Of a stretch of 64,000 bases of DNA, positions 1-10,275 are shown piece after piece; the first letter of the stretch is position 1; each line of letters starts with the position of its first letter. Source of the stretch: Chloroflexota bacterium (lineage in GTDB: Bacteria; Chloroflexota; Dehalococcoidia; DSTF01; RBG-16-68-14); contig JADFPV010000003.1 in assembly GCA_022562155.1 (NCBI GenBank), positions 412 to 64,411 of the forward strand, written 5' to 3'. The notes under the pieces are model-generated. The model worked only from the letters and a program-made list of their open reading frames with translations. It was not told the origin of the DNA and made no database searches. The position numbers and the translations under genes were made by a program.

Positions 1-524
1 ACCTGCGCGCGCCGACGCCATCGGCGGCGGCGGAGCTGGTCGCGCCCGAGCGGACCGAGGTCTCGGTGCGGCTCAGCATCGCGGCGGGCACGCTGCTCTC
101 GCAGGTGCAGGAGCGGCTCGAAGGCGGCAGAACGTTGGTCCGGCAGGCCGTCTCGACGATCGAACGCGCGACGCCCGACATGAACCGCGAACGGCAGCGC
201 ACTGACGACCTGACCCGGACGATCCAGGCGCATGTCGAAGAGAGCGTGCGCGGGTTCCAGAAAGGCCTGCACGGCTTCAACCTGGCGCTGCGGTCGCTCG
301 ACCCGTACGGAACATTGCAGCGCGGCTATGCGCTGGTCCAGCGCGACGGCCACGTTGTCGACACAGTCGAGGACACCAAGGTCGGCGAGCGGCTGAGCGT
401 ACGCGTGCGTGACGGTGACTTTCCGGTGCGCGTCGATACCGAGAGCCCGATACCCGACCAGAAACGACGCAAGAGGACCAAGGTGGCCCAAGAGCAGGCC
501 GCGCTGTTTCATCTAGATATCTAG
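1..524 (+). CDS. xseA: exodeoxyribonuclease VII large subunit, C-terminal fragment (gene begins upstream of window)
   Basis: Frame-3 open frame runs from the window edge to TAG at 522-524. The C-terminal tail is of the kind seen in XseA. Immediately followed by a clear xseB. Confidence 0.55.
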   Translation, partial: LRAPTPSAAAELVAPERTEVSVRLSIAAGTLLSQVQERLEGGRTLVRQAVSTIERATPDMNRERQRTDDLTRTIQAHVEESVRGFQKGLHGFNLALRSLDPYGTLQRGYALVQRDGHVVDTVEDTKVGERLSVRVRDGDFPVRVDTESPIPDQKRRKRTKVAQEQAALFHLDI

Positions 525-539
525 CGAGCAGGGGGCGTC

Positions 540-788
540 ATGACGGCGAAGAAGAGCGAACCTCCGTTCGAGGAGCTGTACAAAAAGCTCGAAGAGGCGG
601 TCGAGAAGCTCGAGAAGGGCGGCCTCTCGCTGGAGCAATCGATCGCGCTCTACGAAGAGGGGATGGAGCTGGCGAAGCAGTGCCAGGGCATCCTGGACAG
701 CGCCGAGCAGCGCATTACCAAGCTGCGGGAATCGTTTACAGAACCTGCCGAACAACCGGAAGAAGCTCCGTTACTAGAGGACGACTAA
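540..788 (+). CDS. xseB: exodeoxyribonuclease VII small subunit
   Basis: 82 aa. FEELYKKLEEAVEKLEKGGLSLEQSIALYEEGMELAKQCQ matches the XseB signature. Confidence 0.8.
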   Translation: MTAKKSEPPFEELYKKLEEAVEKLEKGGLSLEQSIALYEEGMELAKQCQGILDSAEQRITKLRESFTEPAEQPEEAPLLEDD

Positions 789-813
789 CGATCTCGAACC
801 TCCCGGCTGATCA

Positions 814-1479
814 ATGAAGGCCGACCTCCACGCCCACACGCACTTCTCTCGCGACGCCGTCACTTCGATCGAGACGTTCGCTAGACGCTACGAAGCGGCG
901 GGCATCGACTGCGTCGCCGTCAGCGACCACAACAACGTCGATGGCGCGCTCGCGGTGAACGGCATCGCTCCGTTCCGCGTGATCATCGCGGAGGAGATTA
1001 AATCGACCGAGGGCGAGATCATCGGGCTGTTCCTCAAGGAGACAGTCCGCAAGGGACTCACGCCGGAGGACACCGTGATGGCGATCCGCGAGCAGGGTGG
1101 CCTCGTACTGATCCCGCATCCCTATGACCGGCTACGTGGATCGCCACTGCGCGAAGAGGCCCTGCTGCGCATCATGCCCGACGTCGACGTGATCGAAGTG
1201 TTCAACGCGCGCACAACGTTCCAGGCCGATGACGACAAGGGCCGCAGGCTGGCCGAGGAGCACGGGAAGCCGATGAGCGCCGCCAGCGATGCCCACACGC
1301 CAGGGGAGATCGGCCTCGCCTATACTGAACTGCCCGATTTCGACGGCCCGGATAGCTTCCTGGCCTCGATTGGCAAGAGCAAGATCGTCGGGAAGCGCGC
1401 GTTCTTCGGCGTGCATTTCATCAGCACCTGGGCCAAGATCAAGTGGAGGCTCCACTTAGGGCGACGGGTCGCGCAGTAG
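814..1479 (+). CDS. PHP-domain metal-dependent phosphoesterase
   Basis: N-terminal HAHTHFSRD plus later His/Asp clusters (DHNN, PHP, SDAHT) typical of PHP family. Confidence 0.65.
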   Translation: MKADLHAHTHFSRDAVTSIETFARRYEAAGIDCVAVSDHNNVDGALAVNGIAPFRVIIAEEIKSTEGEIIGLFLKETVRKGLTPEDTVMAIREQGGLVLIPHPYDRLRGSPLREEALLRIMPDVDVIEVFNARTTFQADDDKGRRLAEEHGKPMSAASDAHTPGEIGLAYTELPDFDGPDSFLASIGKSKIVGKRAFFGVHFISTWAKIKWRLHLGRRVAQ

Positions 1480-1489
1480 GAGCAAGGCT

Positions 1490-2002
1490 ATGGGTGACGT
1501 AGCAATCCAACAATTGCTCTACCTCATGGACGAAGCGTTCAAAGCACATGGCGAGCACGGCGAGCACACGCTGCTTAACAACCTGCGCTCCGTCCAAGAC
1601 AACGACTGGCACTGGCTGCCTCCCAACGGCGGCCGCTCGATCTTCGACATCGTCCAGCACGTCGGCGAGTGCAAGTATGTATACGACAGCCACGCCTTCG
1701 GCGACGGTTCGATGCGTTGGGACAGACCAGGCACGATCCCATCGATCGACAGCGCCGCAAAAGCTCCCGACATCATCGTGTGGCTCAGGGAAGGCCAGCG
1801 CGCCCTGATAGAGAACGTCCAAGCGCTTGGTGATGACGAAGAGTTGCTTAAGCTCCGCAAGGCAAACTGGGGCGAGGAGTATGAGACGCGCTGGCTGATC
1901 AATACCATGATCCAGCACGACCTCTACCACGCCGGTGAGATCAACCACCTCCGTTCGCTCAAGCAAGAGACCGACAAGTGGGCCTGGCAGTTGGAGCAGT
2001 GA
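1490..2002 (+). CDS. DinB/YfiT-family (DinB_2-like) metal-dependent protein
   Basis: Three-His pattern (HGEH near N-term, HVGECKY, HDLYHAGEI near C-term) typical of DinB superfamily. Stop codon lies 1 nt before the next start. Confidence 0.55.
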   Translation: MGDVAIQQLLYLMDEAFKAHGEHGEHTLLNNLRSVQDNDWHWLPPNGGRSIFDIVQHVGECKYVYDSHAFGDGSMRWDRPGTIPSIDSAAKAPDIIVWLREGQRALIENVQALGDDEELLKLRKANWGEEYETRWLINTMIQHDLYHAGEINHLRSLKQETDKWAWQLEQ

Positions 2003-2003
2003 T

Positions 2004-2849
2004 ATGACGCTGCGCGTGGGCTGGTTCTCAACCGGCCGCGGCGATGGCTCGCGCCGGCTGCTGAAAGCGGCCACGGACGCTATCGGCGCGGGCGATCTCG
2101 ACGCGGAGATCGCGTTCCTGTTCTGCAATCGCGAACGCGGCGAGTACGAGGCAACAGACGGATTCCTGGACCTCGCCGAATCGCACGCCATCCCAACCAT
2201 CAGGCTGTCGTCACGCCAGTTCCGCCGCGATCGCGGTGGCGCTCTATCGAAGCCTGGCGAGCCGCTGCCGGCGTGGCGAGCCGAGTACGACGGCGAGGTC
2301 GCAAAGCTCCTTGAGGAACACCCATTCGACGTCGGCGTACTCGCCGGCTACATGCTGATCTTCACGCCGGAGATGGCCGACCGGTATCCGTTCCTCAACC
2401 TGCATCCGGCGGAACCCGGCGGGCCGATAGGCACCTGGCAACAGGTCATCTGGGACCTGATCGATGCGCGCGCCACACAGAGCGGTGTGATGATCCACAT
2501 GGCGACCGACGAACTCGACCGCGGTCCCATCGTCTCCTACTGTACATACCCGCTAGGCGGGGAGGCGTTCGACGCGCTCTGGGACGACGTCGGCGCGAAG
2601 ACGGCCGCCGGCTTACGGGCAGCGGCCGGTGAAGAGCATCCGCTGTTCTTGGAGATCCGCCGGCACGGCGCCGCGCGCGAGCTGCCACTCGTGATCGAGA
2701 CGTTGCGCGCGTTGTCGCAGGCCCGCGTGCAGGTCAACAATCGGCGCGTCGTTAACGGCCAAGGCGACCCGCTCGCAAACGGCCTCAACCTCACGGCGGA
2801 GGTGGAGACAACTATCGCGCCCGCGATGCGTAAGCGCAAACAGACCTGA
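2004..2849 (+). CDS. PurN-like formyltransferase (phosphoribosylglycinamide formyltransferase family)
   Basis: WFSTGRG...NLHP....GVMIHMATDELDRGPIV aligns with the PurN SGRGSN...NIHPSLLP...HFVTEELDGGPII motifs. ATG at 2004 follows the DinB stop. The upstream extension in the ORF track was rejected. Confidence 0.6.
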   Translation: MTLRVGWFSTGRGDGSRRLLKAATDAIGAGDLDAEIAFLFCNRERGEYEATDGFLDLAESHAIPTIRLSSRQFRRDRGGALSKPGEPLPAWRAEYDGEVAKLLEEHPFDVGVLAGYMLIFTPEMADRYPFLNLHPAEPGGPIGTWQQVIWDLIDARATQSGVMIHMATDELDRGPIVSYCTYPLGGEAFDALWDDVGAKTAAGLRAAAGEEHPLFLEIRRHGAARELPLVIETLRALSQARVQVNNRRVVNGQGDPLANGLNLTAEVETTIAPAMRKRKQT

Positions 2850-3095
2850 GGGGTACTACTCACTGGCGTCACGCCCGACGCATGCGCGTGCCCTCTGGGC
2901 ACGGGCGCCGTCCTTGGCGATTATCTCAAGATGAGGCCCGTGCCAGTGACTGGTGGCGAGGATCTGACACGGGCCGCAGGTTCAGTACTCGGTAGGAGGT
3001 CCTTTCCTATTAAGTTCTGCGTCCTGCACTACGTATAGTAAGGGAATGGGGCATGTAGGAGCAAGCGCCCACACTTATGATCAGTTGAATGGCCT

Positions 3096-3509
3096 ATGTC
3101 AACCAGCTATAATTGCCGAACCGTGAACGAACCCCGTTCCCCGCTGGATCCCGTCGCCTGCGGCCGATGTGAGGCCGTCTGTGAGATCGACGACAACTTC
3201 TGCCGCAAGTGCGGGTTGTCGCTTCGGGTCAGCGAGAACCTCCCTTCAGTACGGTCCAGTTCGCTCCCGGTCATCAGGCAACCGTCTGTGCCCGCCGTCG
3301 TCGTGCGCGGCGCCGCGTTCGTCGCCGCTGGAAAGATCGCGGAGATCATCGCCAGGCGCATGGTGCGCAGCGTGTTCCAGCGCAGCAACGGCTCCAAGAA
3401 CCTACCGGCCACGGCGAAACAGGGCGAGGTCGTCCCACGGGATGACATGGCGGAGACCACGGTGATCAGCGAAACGCTCCTGACGCGTCGAATTCATTTC
3501 CGCCGCTAG
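3096..3509 (+). CDS. hypothetical zinc-ribbon protein
   Basis: CGRCEAVC...CRKCG double CxxC zinc-ribbon at the N-terminus. No other recognisable domain. Confidence 0.3.
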   Translation: MSTSYNCRTVNEPRSPLDPVACGRCEAVCEIDDNFCRKCGLSLRVSENLPSVRSSSLPVIRQPSVPAVVVRGAAFVAAGKIAEIIARRMVRSVFQRSNGSKNLPATAKQGEVVPRDDMAETTVISETLLTRRIHFRR

Positions 3510-3622
3510 GCGCGGCGCGGGCGGCCCGGCGGAACGGGCCCATATCTCTCCATCAGGGCAGGATGCCCTTCACGTAACTCGCGAGGAAGGCGTGGCGGAC
3601 GTTCCGATGCGTCCGCGCAACG

Positions 3623-6060
3623 ATGGGGAAGGCGAGCATGACGGTGCGCGCATGGTTGCGCTGGCCGGCGTTGGTGGCGCTCGGCGCGGTGCTGGTTCTC
3701 ATCGCCCTCCAAGGCAGCCTCGGCGCGGACGAAACACGAACCACCTGGGACTTCGAGGGCGCAGACGCCCTGGACGGCTGGGTGCGGTTGAACGCGACCA
3801 TGACCCTTGCGCCGGGCGAAGGTGCAGAGGGTTCCCAGGCTGCCGGCATCACGCTAAGGAGCCCAAGTAATATTCCCATCAGACGCGTCCTAGCTGAGAT
3901 TTGGTACCCCTTGGATGTCCAGCCGGGCGCCACGTACGAGTTTGGCGGCGTGTACGTATCCGCAGACGGCAAGATCGATTGGGTCCGGCTCGGCATGCGA
4001 CTCTACGACAAGCACGGCAACCCATTAGCTGCGGACGTCGGCCCCCATTCCTCTATTCCTGGCAAACTGCACCTAGAGGCCGCGCCGAACCTCTGCTCCG
4101 TAGTGGAAATACATTTCCGAGTGCTTACGTACGGCGCAATAGACGCAACGGTCTACCTGGACAACCTCTCCCTCAAAGAGAGCGCGCCCGCGACTCCGTG
4201 TCCCACGCCCATCCCGTCGCAGACTCCGACAGCGACGCCAGTCCCGTCGCAGACTCCGACATCGACGCCAAGCCCGTCGCAAACTCCTACATCGACACCC
4301 GTCCCGTCGCAGACTCCGACATCGACGCCAAGCGCATCACATACGCCAACCTCGACACATACGCCAAGCCCGTCGCAAACTCCTACATCGACACCCGTCC
4401 CGTCGCAGACTCCGACATCGACGCCAACGCCTTCCCACACTCCCGCTGCGACCGCGACGGCATCGCAGACGGCCAGCGATCAGCCCGCTACCGCGACCAA
4501 CACAGCGCCTGGCGCGACGGCAACCGAGCCGCCACCCGCTCCAGCGTCGTTGGAGTTCTCCAATGGCGGTTTCGAGGAGGGGGGGACGGCGAACCCCATG
4601 CCTGGAAACACTTCGGCGGGGTGCTGATGCAGACAGGCACGCCGGCGCGCACCGGCTCGTGGGCAGGTGCGCTCTTCAGTTCGACCGACAGCACCAAATG
4701 GGCGTTCCAAACGGTGAACGTTGAGCCCGCCGGCTGGTACGAGTTCCATGCCTTCGTCTACCACGACGACCCGTGGGTGGAGTCGGCGCTACTGCGCATA
4801 TCGTGGTATGCCAGCGCCAACGGGAGTGGCAGCGCCGTCGCCGCCGTCGACTCAACAGACCTGCTCGCGTCGCCCGCGCCGGAGTTCCGCCGCCTCAGCA
4901 CAGGCCCGGAAATGGCGCCGCCGGGCGTTCACTCGGCGAAGGTGCGCGTGCTCATGCGGCCCCGCGACGGGACTAGCGCCGTGATCTACATCGATGACGC
5001 TTCGTTTGACAACGTCGCAGCCCCGATTCCGCCGACGAGCACCCCCACGCTCGCGCCACCGACCACCACGCCCACGCCGGCCTCGACCTCGACGAACACG
5101 CCCACCGCTCAGCCCACAACCGTACCAGCCAGCCCGGCGCCGGCCGACACACCACAGCCGGCGGATACGCCACCGCCAGCGGACACGGCCACACCAGTTC
5201 CGGCGGCTACAGCCACCAACGCTTCGACGTCGACACCCGAGCCAGCGAGCATCCCGTCCGCACTCACCAACGCGGGCTTCGAATCCGCAGTGGAAGGGGT
5301 CCCGGTCGGGTGGCGGACGTTCGGTGGGCTGCTCATGCAGGTCGATTCGCCGGTGCGATCGGGCGCGGCGGCCGGCGGTTTCTTCAGCTCCAGCGGCAGC
5401 ACGAAGTGGATCTACCAGACGGTCGCCGTCGAGCCGGCAGCCTGGTACCAGTTCGACGCCTTCGTCTACCACAACCACGCGTTCGTCGATGAAGCGCTGC
5501 TGCGCATCTCCTGGTACGCGAGCGCCGATGGCAGCGGTAGCGCCCTCGCCAGCGTCGATTCGACCGGCCTGCTCGCTTCTCCCGAGGCTCGCTACCGGCC
5601 GCTCACCACTGGCCCTGTGCAGGCGCCGCCGGGCGCGCGCTCCGCCAAGCTCCGCATCCTCATGCGGCCCCGCGACGAGAGGAGCGCGCTGATCAACGTC
5701 GACGACGTTTCGTTCGGGCGCGTCGCCGCGCCGGCCGTCGCGCCATCGACACCGGCACCGGTCAGCGCAGCAGCATCTTCCCGAGTGCTATCTTCCTTCG
5801 AACCCGCCGCGCCATCGGTCAGCAACCAGCGACCAGCGACCACCAACCAGCGACCAGCGACCACCAACGAGCGACCCTCTCACGCCCCCATGCCCGCGCC
5901 CGTGCTCCGACGCCACGCCCTACAGACACCGGAGCCACAGCCCGATCGCGAGGGCGACCCGCTCTGGCCGTGGGCCCTCCTCGGCGCGACGGCAGGAGCG
6001 GGCGTTGTAGGTTGGGCGGCATACTGGGCGCTGCGGCGGCGACGCGATGCAGTAAACTAG
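3623..6060 (+). CDS. secreted multi-CBM4/9-like repeat protein with Pro/Thr linkers and C-terminal TM anchor; reading frame interrupted at a G7 tract (possible pseudogene or sequencing error)
   Basis: Signal peptide MGKASMTVRAWLRWPALVALGAVLVLIALQG. Three about 150-aa modules beginning NGGFE/NAGFE..GW (CBM_4_9-like), separated by PSQTPTSTP linkers. The frame switches from frame 2 to frame 1 at 4579-4585 (ggggggg). Ends with hydrophobic helix plus RRRRD. Confidence 0.6.
4205..4445 (+). repeat. tandem 30-nt coding repeat (cccgtcgcagactccgacatcgacgccaag, about 7 copies) encoding PSQTPTSTP linker
   Basis: Direct visual tandem repetition in sequence. Confidence 0.8.
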
Positions 6061-6109
6061 CAGGCGACTTTCGTTTTCGACAGCAGCAGCGAAGATCAAG
6101 CTCTCGAGC

Positions 6110-7008
6110 TTGAGCGAGGAGGATGCTATGGAAATCGGCACGTGGGAAGTCACCAGCGAACTCAACGAGATCTACCAGCAGGCGAGAGACTTGGGACTGG
6201 AGCCCAACATCGCGGAGCTGGACGCGTACGGATTTACCGTGATCGAGAACGCCCTCTCCGATGAGGTAACCGATCAACTGGCGGAAGCTGTGCTACGCGT
6301 CGCGGAGAAACGCACCGGGACGAAGCCAGACACGACGACCGGAGAGACGCATCAAGGTCTCCAGCTTCAGATGGGTCTGCTATTCAAGACCGCATCTTCG
6401 AGGAGGTTCTGATGGAAGAGCCGGCCCTCACACTGATCACCTATTTGCTCGGCAAGAGCTGCGTGCTCTCCAGCGTCGCCTCGCACTTCAAGGGGCCCGG
6501 CGGCGGGAATCGCGGGCAGCTCGCCCTGCACAGCGACATTCAGGGTAATGGCGTGCCGGTGCCCCTGCCCGGGTACGCGCAGGTCGCCAACTGCAACTAC
6601 GCGCTCACCGATTACACCGAAGCCGATGACGGTGTGCTCGCCATGGTGCCGGGCAGCCACAAGCTGTGCCGCTACCCGGACGAATGGGACCTGCGCAAGA
6701 GTAAGCAGGCCATCCCTGTCCTTGCTCCCAAAGGCTCCGCCATCATCTTTCACGGCAACACGTTCCACGGCTCCTATGAACGAATGAAGCCCGGCTTTCG
6801 GATCAATCTCTCCTACTACTTCTGCCGCCATTACATGGACCCGACAGAAGGCTTTCGAGACACCGTTTCGGAGGAGATGCTCGAGCGAAACAACGAGCGA
6901 TTCGCCACGCTCATGGGAACGACCCGACCTCGCGGCTGGAGCGAAGCGAATCAAGACTTGTCGGGAGTCGCGATTCGCAGCCGGCTTGCAAAGAACCAAT
7001 ACCTATAG
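6110..7008 (+). CDS. phytanoyl-CoA dioxygenase (PhyH) family protein, split into two frames (6110-6412 frame 2; 6412-7008 frame 1)
   Basis: First ORF has the PhyH N-terminal motif YGFTVIENALSDEVTDQL. Second has ...LLG...LHSD (HxD) and GSAIIFHGNTFHGS (distal His). Frame 1 stays open upstream of 6412 and encodes a DRIFEEVL..LLG-like motif, so a frameshift lies about 6290-6380. Confidence 0.55.
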
Positions 7009-7020
7009 GGGGAGCTCCTG

Positions 7021-7938
7021 ATGCGCGTAGAGTTCGGTTCGCAACTGCACAATCAAGCCACGACCTGGGACGACATCAAGGCCACGCTCGCGGCGATGGA
7101 ATCGGGGCGTTGGTCGAGCGCCTGGTTCTACGACCACTTCATTCCTCCCTTCAGCTACACCGCTGAAGTCATGGAGCACGATGGGATCGCGACGTTCGAG
7201 GGCTGGTCGTTGCTCAGCGGCGCCGCCGCCGTCACCAACCGGCTGCGGCTCGGCCTACTCGTCGCGGGCAACACCTACCGCAACCCGGCGCTGATGGCCA
7301 AGATGGCGGCGACCGTCGACCAGATGTCGAACGGCAGGCTCGAGATCGGGATCGGTGCCGCTTGGAACGTCCGAGAGCACCAGGCCTACGGCTGGGAGTT
7401 CCCGTCGCCCAAGGAACGATCGGACCGCCTGGAGGAAGCCTGCGAGCTGTTCAAGCTCCTCTTCACGGCAGAAGGGCTCGTCGATTTCCATGGCAAGTAC
7501 TACACACTGAAGCAGGCGCCTTTTGCACCCAAGGGCGTGCAGCGCCCCCACCCGCCGATCCTGGTCGGTGGCAAGGGAGAAAAGCGAACGCTTCGTACTC
7601 TGGCGATGTACGGCGACATCATGAACGTAATCGCGGGACCTGAGGAGTTCAAGCGTCTGGTCGGCGTGCTCGAACGTCATTGCGAAGACGTCGGCCGCGA
7701 TCTGGCGACGATCCGCAAGACCGTCCACGTCCCGATCCGCATCATGGCGGACGAGGCCAGGGCGGCGGAACTCAGGCGCGGCGACGACTGGAACATGATC
7801 GGCCCGGTGCCGTTCGTGATCGATCGCGTAAACGACTTCATCGAGGCCGGCGTCGACGAGTTCATGTTCTCAGCCATCCCCAACAAGCCTGCGGTCTACG
7901 AAGAACTCGACAAGGAGATCCTGAGCGCCATCGAGTGA
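7021..7938 (+). CDS. LLM-class F420-dependent oxidoreductase (luciferase-like monooxygenase family)
   Basis: Strong similarity to the paralog at 20709-21659. Shared LRLG.LV.G.TYR.P...AKMAATVD..SNGRLE.G.GAAW motifs typical of F420-dependent LLM enzymes. Confidence 0.75.
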   Translation: MRVEFGSQLHNQATTWDDIKATLAAMESGRWSSAWFYDHFIPPFSYTAEVMEHDGIATFEGWSLLSGAAAVTNRLRLGLLVAGNTYRNPALMAKMAATVDQMSNGRLEIGIGAAWNVREHQAYGWEFPSPKERSDRLEEACELFKLLFTAEGLVDFHGKYYTLKQAPFAPKGVQRPHPPILVGGKGEKRTLRTLAMYGDIMNVIAGPEEFKRLVGVLERHCEDVGRDLATIRKTVHVPIRIMADEARAAELRRGDDWNMIGPVPFVIDRVNDFIEAGVDEFMFSAIPNKPAVYEELDKEILSAIE

Positions 7939-8232
7939 ATCGCTGAAGCCATCCGGCTCGCGGCACGAGGCATCGCCAGCCGCGTCGATGCGCAGGACCC
8001 GCTGAAGGCGCTGGCTCAGGCTTGAGCGCAGGATCCTAACCCACGGGACTCTTCGACGCCAGGGCAGGGGTCACCGCCGTCTGCTAAGCTGCTTATCCGA
8101 CGCTACGAGGACGGCGTTTGGACCGACCAGGCGCGGGAAATGCTAGGCGTGGCGCCCCTAGAGGCTACGTTGGTCCGACGAAGTGCGGCCTCCGAGCCCC
8201 CGCGACGGAATCGGCACAACTGGCGGTTTGAG

Positions 8233-10275
8233 TTAGCTCGCCTTTCGATCAGCGGGCCGAATGCGGGCCTTCTTGGCCTGGCTGAGAAGTCGCTCAAAGG
8301 CGGCTGCTGGCAGCGGCTCTGAGAAGAGGAACCCTTGAAATTGATCACAGTGATGCTCTCTGAGGAAACTGAGCTGCTCTTCGGTTTCTATGCCCTCCGC
8401 AATCACCGTAAGGTGGAGACCATGTGCCAAAGCGATTGTATTGGCGACGATAACGGCGTCGCGCGAGTCGGTCGCCACGTTTTCTAGAAACGAACGGTCG
8501 ATCTTGAGCGTGTCCATCGGAAGGTCCTTGAGGTAGGCGAGAGATGAGTAGCCGGTGCCAAAGTCATCTACAGCAGTTTGCAGCCCTAGGTCACGCAAGC
8601 TCGCCAAAGTTGCTACCGAAAGCTCGATGTCCTGCATGGCGATCGTCTCCGTGATCTCTAGCTGGAGGCAAGACGGGTCCAGCCGCGTGTCCTTCAATAC
8701 TTGACGAATTGAGGCGACCAAGTCCGCATGCCTAAACTGGCGACCCGAAAGGTTCACTGCTAAGCCCAGGTGCGCCAGACCGGCCTCGCGCCAGGCCTTG
8801 GTCTGCAGACAGGCGCTCCTGAGAACCCATTCGCCGAGGGGCACGATTAAGCCGGTCTCTTCCGCGACCGCGATGAATTCGCCCGGCCCGATCAGCCCCT
8901 GCTCGGGATCTTGCCAGCGTACAAGAGCTTCCGCGGATACGATCTCGCCAGTAGCTACGTCGACCACGGGCTGGTAGTGGACGACAAACTCGCCCTCCTG
9001 AAGTGCGCGACGCAGGGCTCGCTCCATTTCGAAACGCATCATGAATTTGGCATTCATCGCCGCGTTGTAGAACCTGTGGGTATTTCGGCCGGCCTCCTTC
9101 GCCGCGTACATGGCAGAATCAGCGTTCTTCAGCAGGTTCTCGGCATTCTTCCCGTCTTGCGGATAGATTGCGATGCCAGCGCTGGCCGTAATCTGGAAAT
9201 CTCTGTGACCGAGCTGCCAGCGCTCCTGCAGCTTGCTAAGCAGCGTTTCGGCGACCTGATCGAGATCATCCGGCCCTCTGATTCCCGGCAGCACCAACAC
9301 GAACTCGTCGCCACCTAGCCGAGCGACTGTGTCGCCATCTCGGATGGCGTCCTTCAGCCGGTTAGCTACCCCTTGCAGGAGTTCGTCCCCGGAGGTGTGA
9401 CCCCAGCTGTCATTGAGTAGCTTGAAGTGATCCATGTCGATCAGTACGACGCCGAGCCCGTCGCCCTGGCGCTGTGCTAGAGCTATGGCGACGGTGAGGC
9501 GGTCGGAAAATAGCCTCCGATTCGGTAAGCCGGTGAGCGGGTCATGATAGGCAGCGTGCAAGAGTTGAGTCTGCTGCTTGTGCATACGGTCTGAGTCGCG
9601 TTTGACGAGGAGCAGCAGCGCCATGAAGAGGCCACCTATCGAGACGCCAATACCCAAGTAGACTCGCCTCTTGGTGGCGGCGATCTGAGCGTCCACAGTG
9701 TCATAGTCGCTCTTGATTTCGACTGCCCCGACAACTTGCTGAGACTCTCCAAGGCGAAGCGGTGCGTAGGCCTCAAGGATCTTGCTGCGATCGAGAAAGA
9801 CGACCACCTCGCCGCCAAGCGCGGCACCTAAACGCTCACCCAATTCATCTTCCTTCTCAACAAGTTGCGATTCGGTGGAATAGGCTAGCGAACCGTCCGA
9901 AGTCCAGACGTTCAAGCGCAGGACGGACTCGTCGATGAGATCTGCGTCAACGTAGCGCTCAAGCGCGCCAGCATCGACGTTATCGAGTGAACCGTCGACG
10001 AGACGGGATTCCAGGAACACTTCAAGCTGTTTAGCGGTGGCTACAGCGTTATTCCCGACGAATCGGCTCGCGTCCGTTGACAGGCTGGCCGTCAGGTAGG
10101 CGCCAAGGAGGAGGCCGACGACCAATGTGACAATGATGCCCATCGTCAGGAACGCGAGCGTAAAGCTGATAGGTACAGTCTTTAGGCGCTGCCACACCCT
10201 GCGGAACAGGGTAGGCGGCTGACCGCTCACGAACACGGGCGCACCCGCCTCGCGCTTCCAGTAGGAGGGGCTCAT
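8233..10275 (-). CDS. membrane-anchored sensor diguanylate cyclase/phosphodiesterase (GGDEF-EAL)
   Basis: Two TM segments flank an extracytoplasmic sensor domain. RLGGDEFVLVL GGDEF motif and EALVRWQDP EAL motif. Confidence 0.85.
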   Translation of the reverse strand: MSPSYWKREAGAPVFVSGQPPTLFRRVWQRLKTVPISFTLAFLTMGIIVTLVVGLLLGAYLTASLSTDASRFVGNNAVATAKQLEVFLESRLVDGSLDNVDAGALERYVDADLIDESVLRLNVWTSDGSLAYSTESQLVEKEDELGERLGAALGGEVVVFLDRSKILEAYAPLRLGESQQVVGAVEIKSDYDTVDAQIAATKRRVYLGIGVSIGGLFMALLLLVKRDSDRMHKQQTQLLHAAYHDPLTGLPNRRLFSDRLTVAIALAQRQGDGLGVVLIDMDHFKLLNDSWGHTSGDELLQGVANRLKDAIRDGDTVARLGGDEFVLVLPGIRGPDDLDQVAETLLSKLQERWQLGHRDFQITASAGIAIYPQDGKNAENLLKNADSAMYAAKEAGRNTHRFYNAAMNAKFMMRFEMERALRRALQEGEFVVHYQPVVDVATGEIVSAEALVRWQDPEQGLIGPGEFIAVAEETGLIVPLGEWVLRSACLQTKAWREAGLAHLGLAVNLSGRQFRHADLVASIRQVLKDTRLDPSCLQLEITETIAMQDIELSVATLASLRDLGLQTAVDDFGTGYSSLAYLKDLPMDTLKIDRSFLENVATDSRDAVIVANTIALAHGLHLTVIAEGIETEEQLSFLREHHCDQFQGFLFSEPLPAAAFERLLSQAKKARIRPADRKAS

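Noticed and set aside
1439-2200. 253-aa minus-strand ORF overlapping the DinB-family and formyltransferase genes
   Set aside because: Antisense to two plus-strand genes with clear family motifs. Ala/Arg/Ser-rich composition typical of spurious high-GC antisense ORFs.
4153-4440. Repetitive minus-strand ORF (MWEGVGVDVGVCDG...) and similar antisense ORFs 46850-47242, 49722-50117 and 52675-52935
   Set aside because: They are the reverse-complement reading of Pro/Thr linker tandem repeats, low-complexity translations with no independent signals.
4205-4445. Tandem 30-nt repeats considered as a possible CRISPR array
   Set aside because: No unique spacers. Repeats are contiguous, in-frame and coding for a PT linker inside a CDS. 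No cas genes.
3901-4570. Upstream part of the frame-1 ORF 3901-6060 as an independent gene start
   Set aside because: Frame 1 is merely open (GC-rich, no stops). Its translation upstream of about 4580 is Arg-rich nonsense. The real protein starts at 3623 in frame 2 and shifts frame at the G7 tract.
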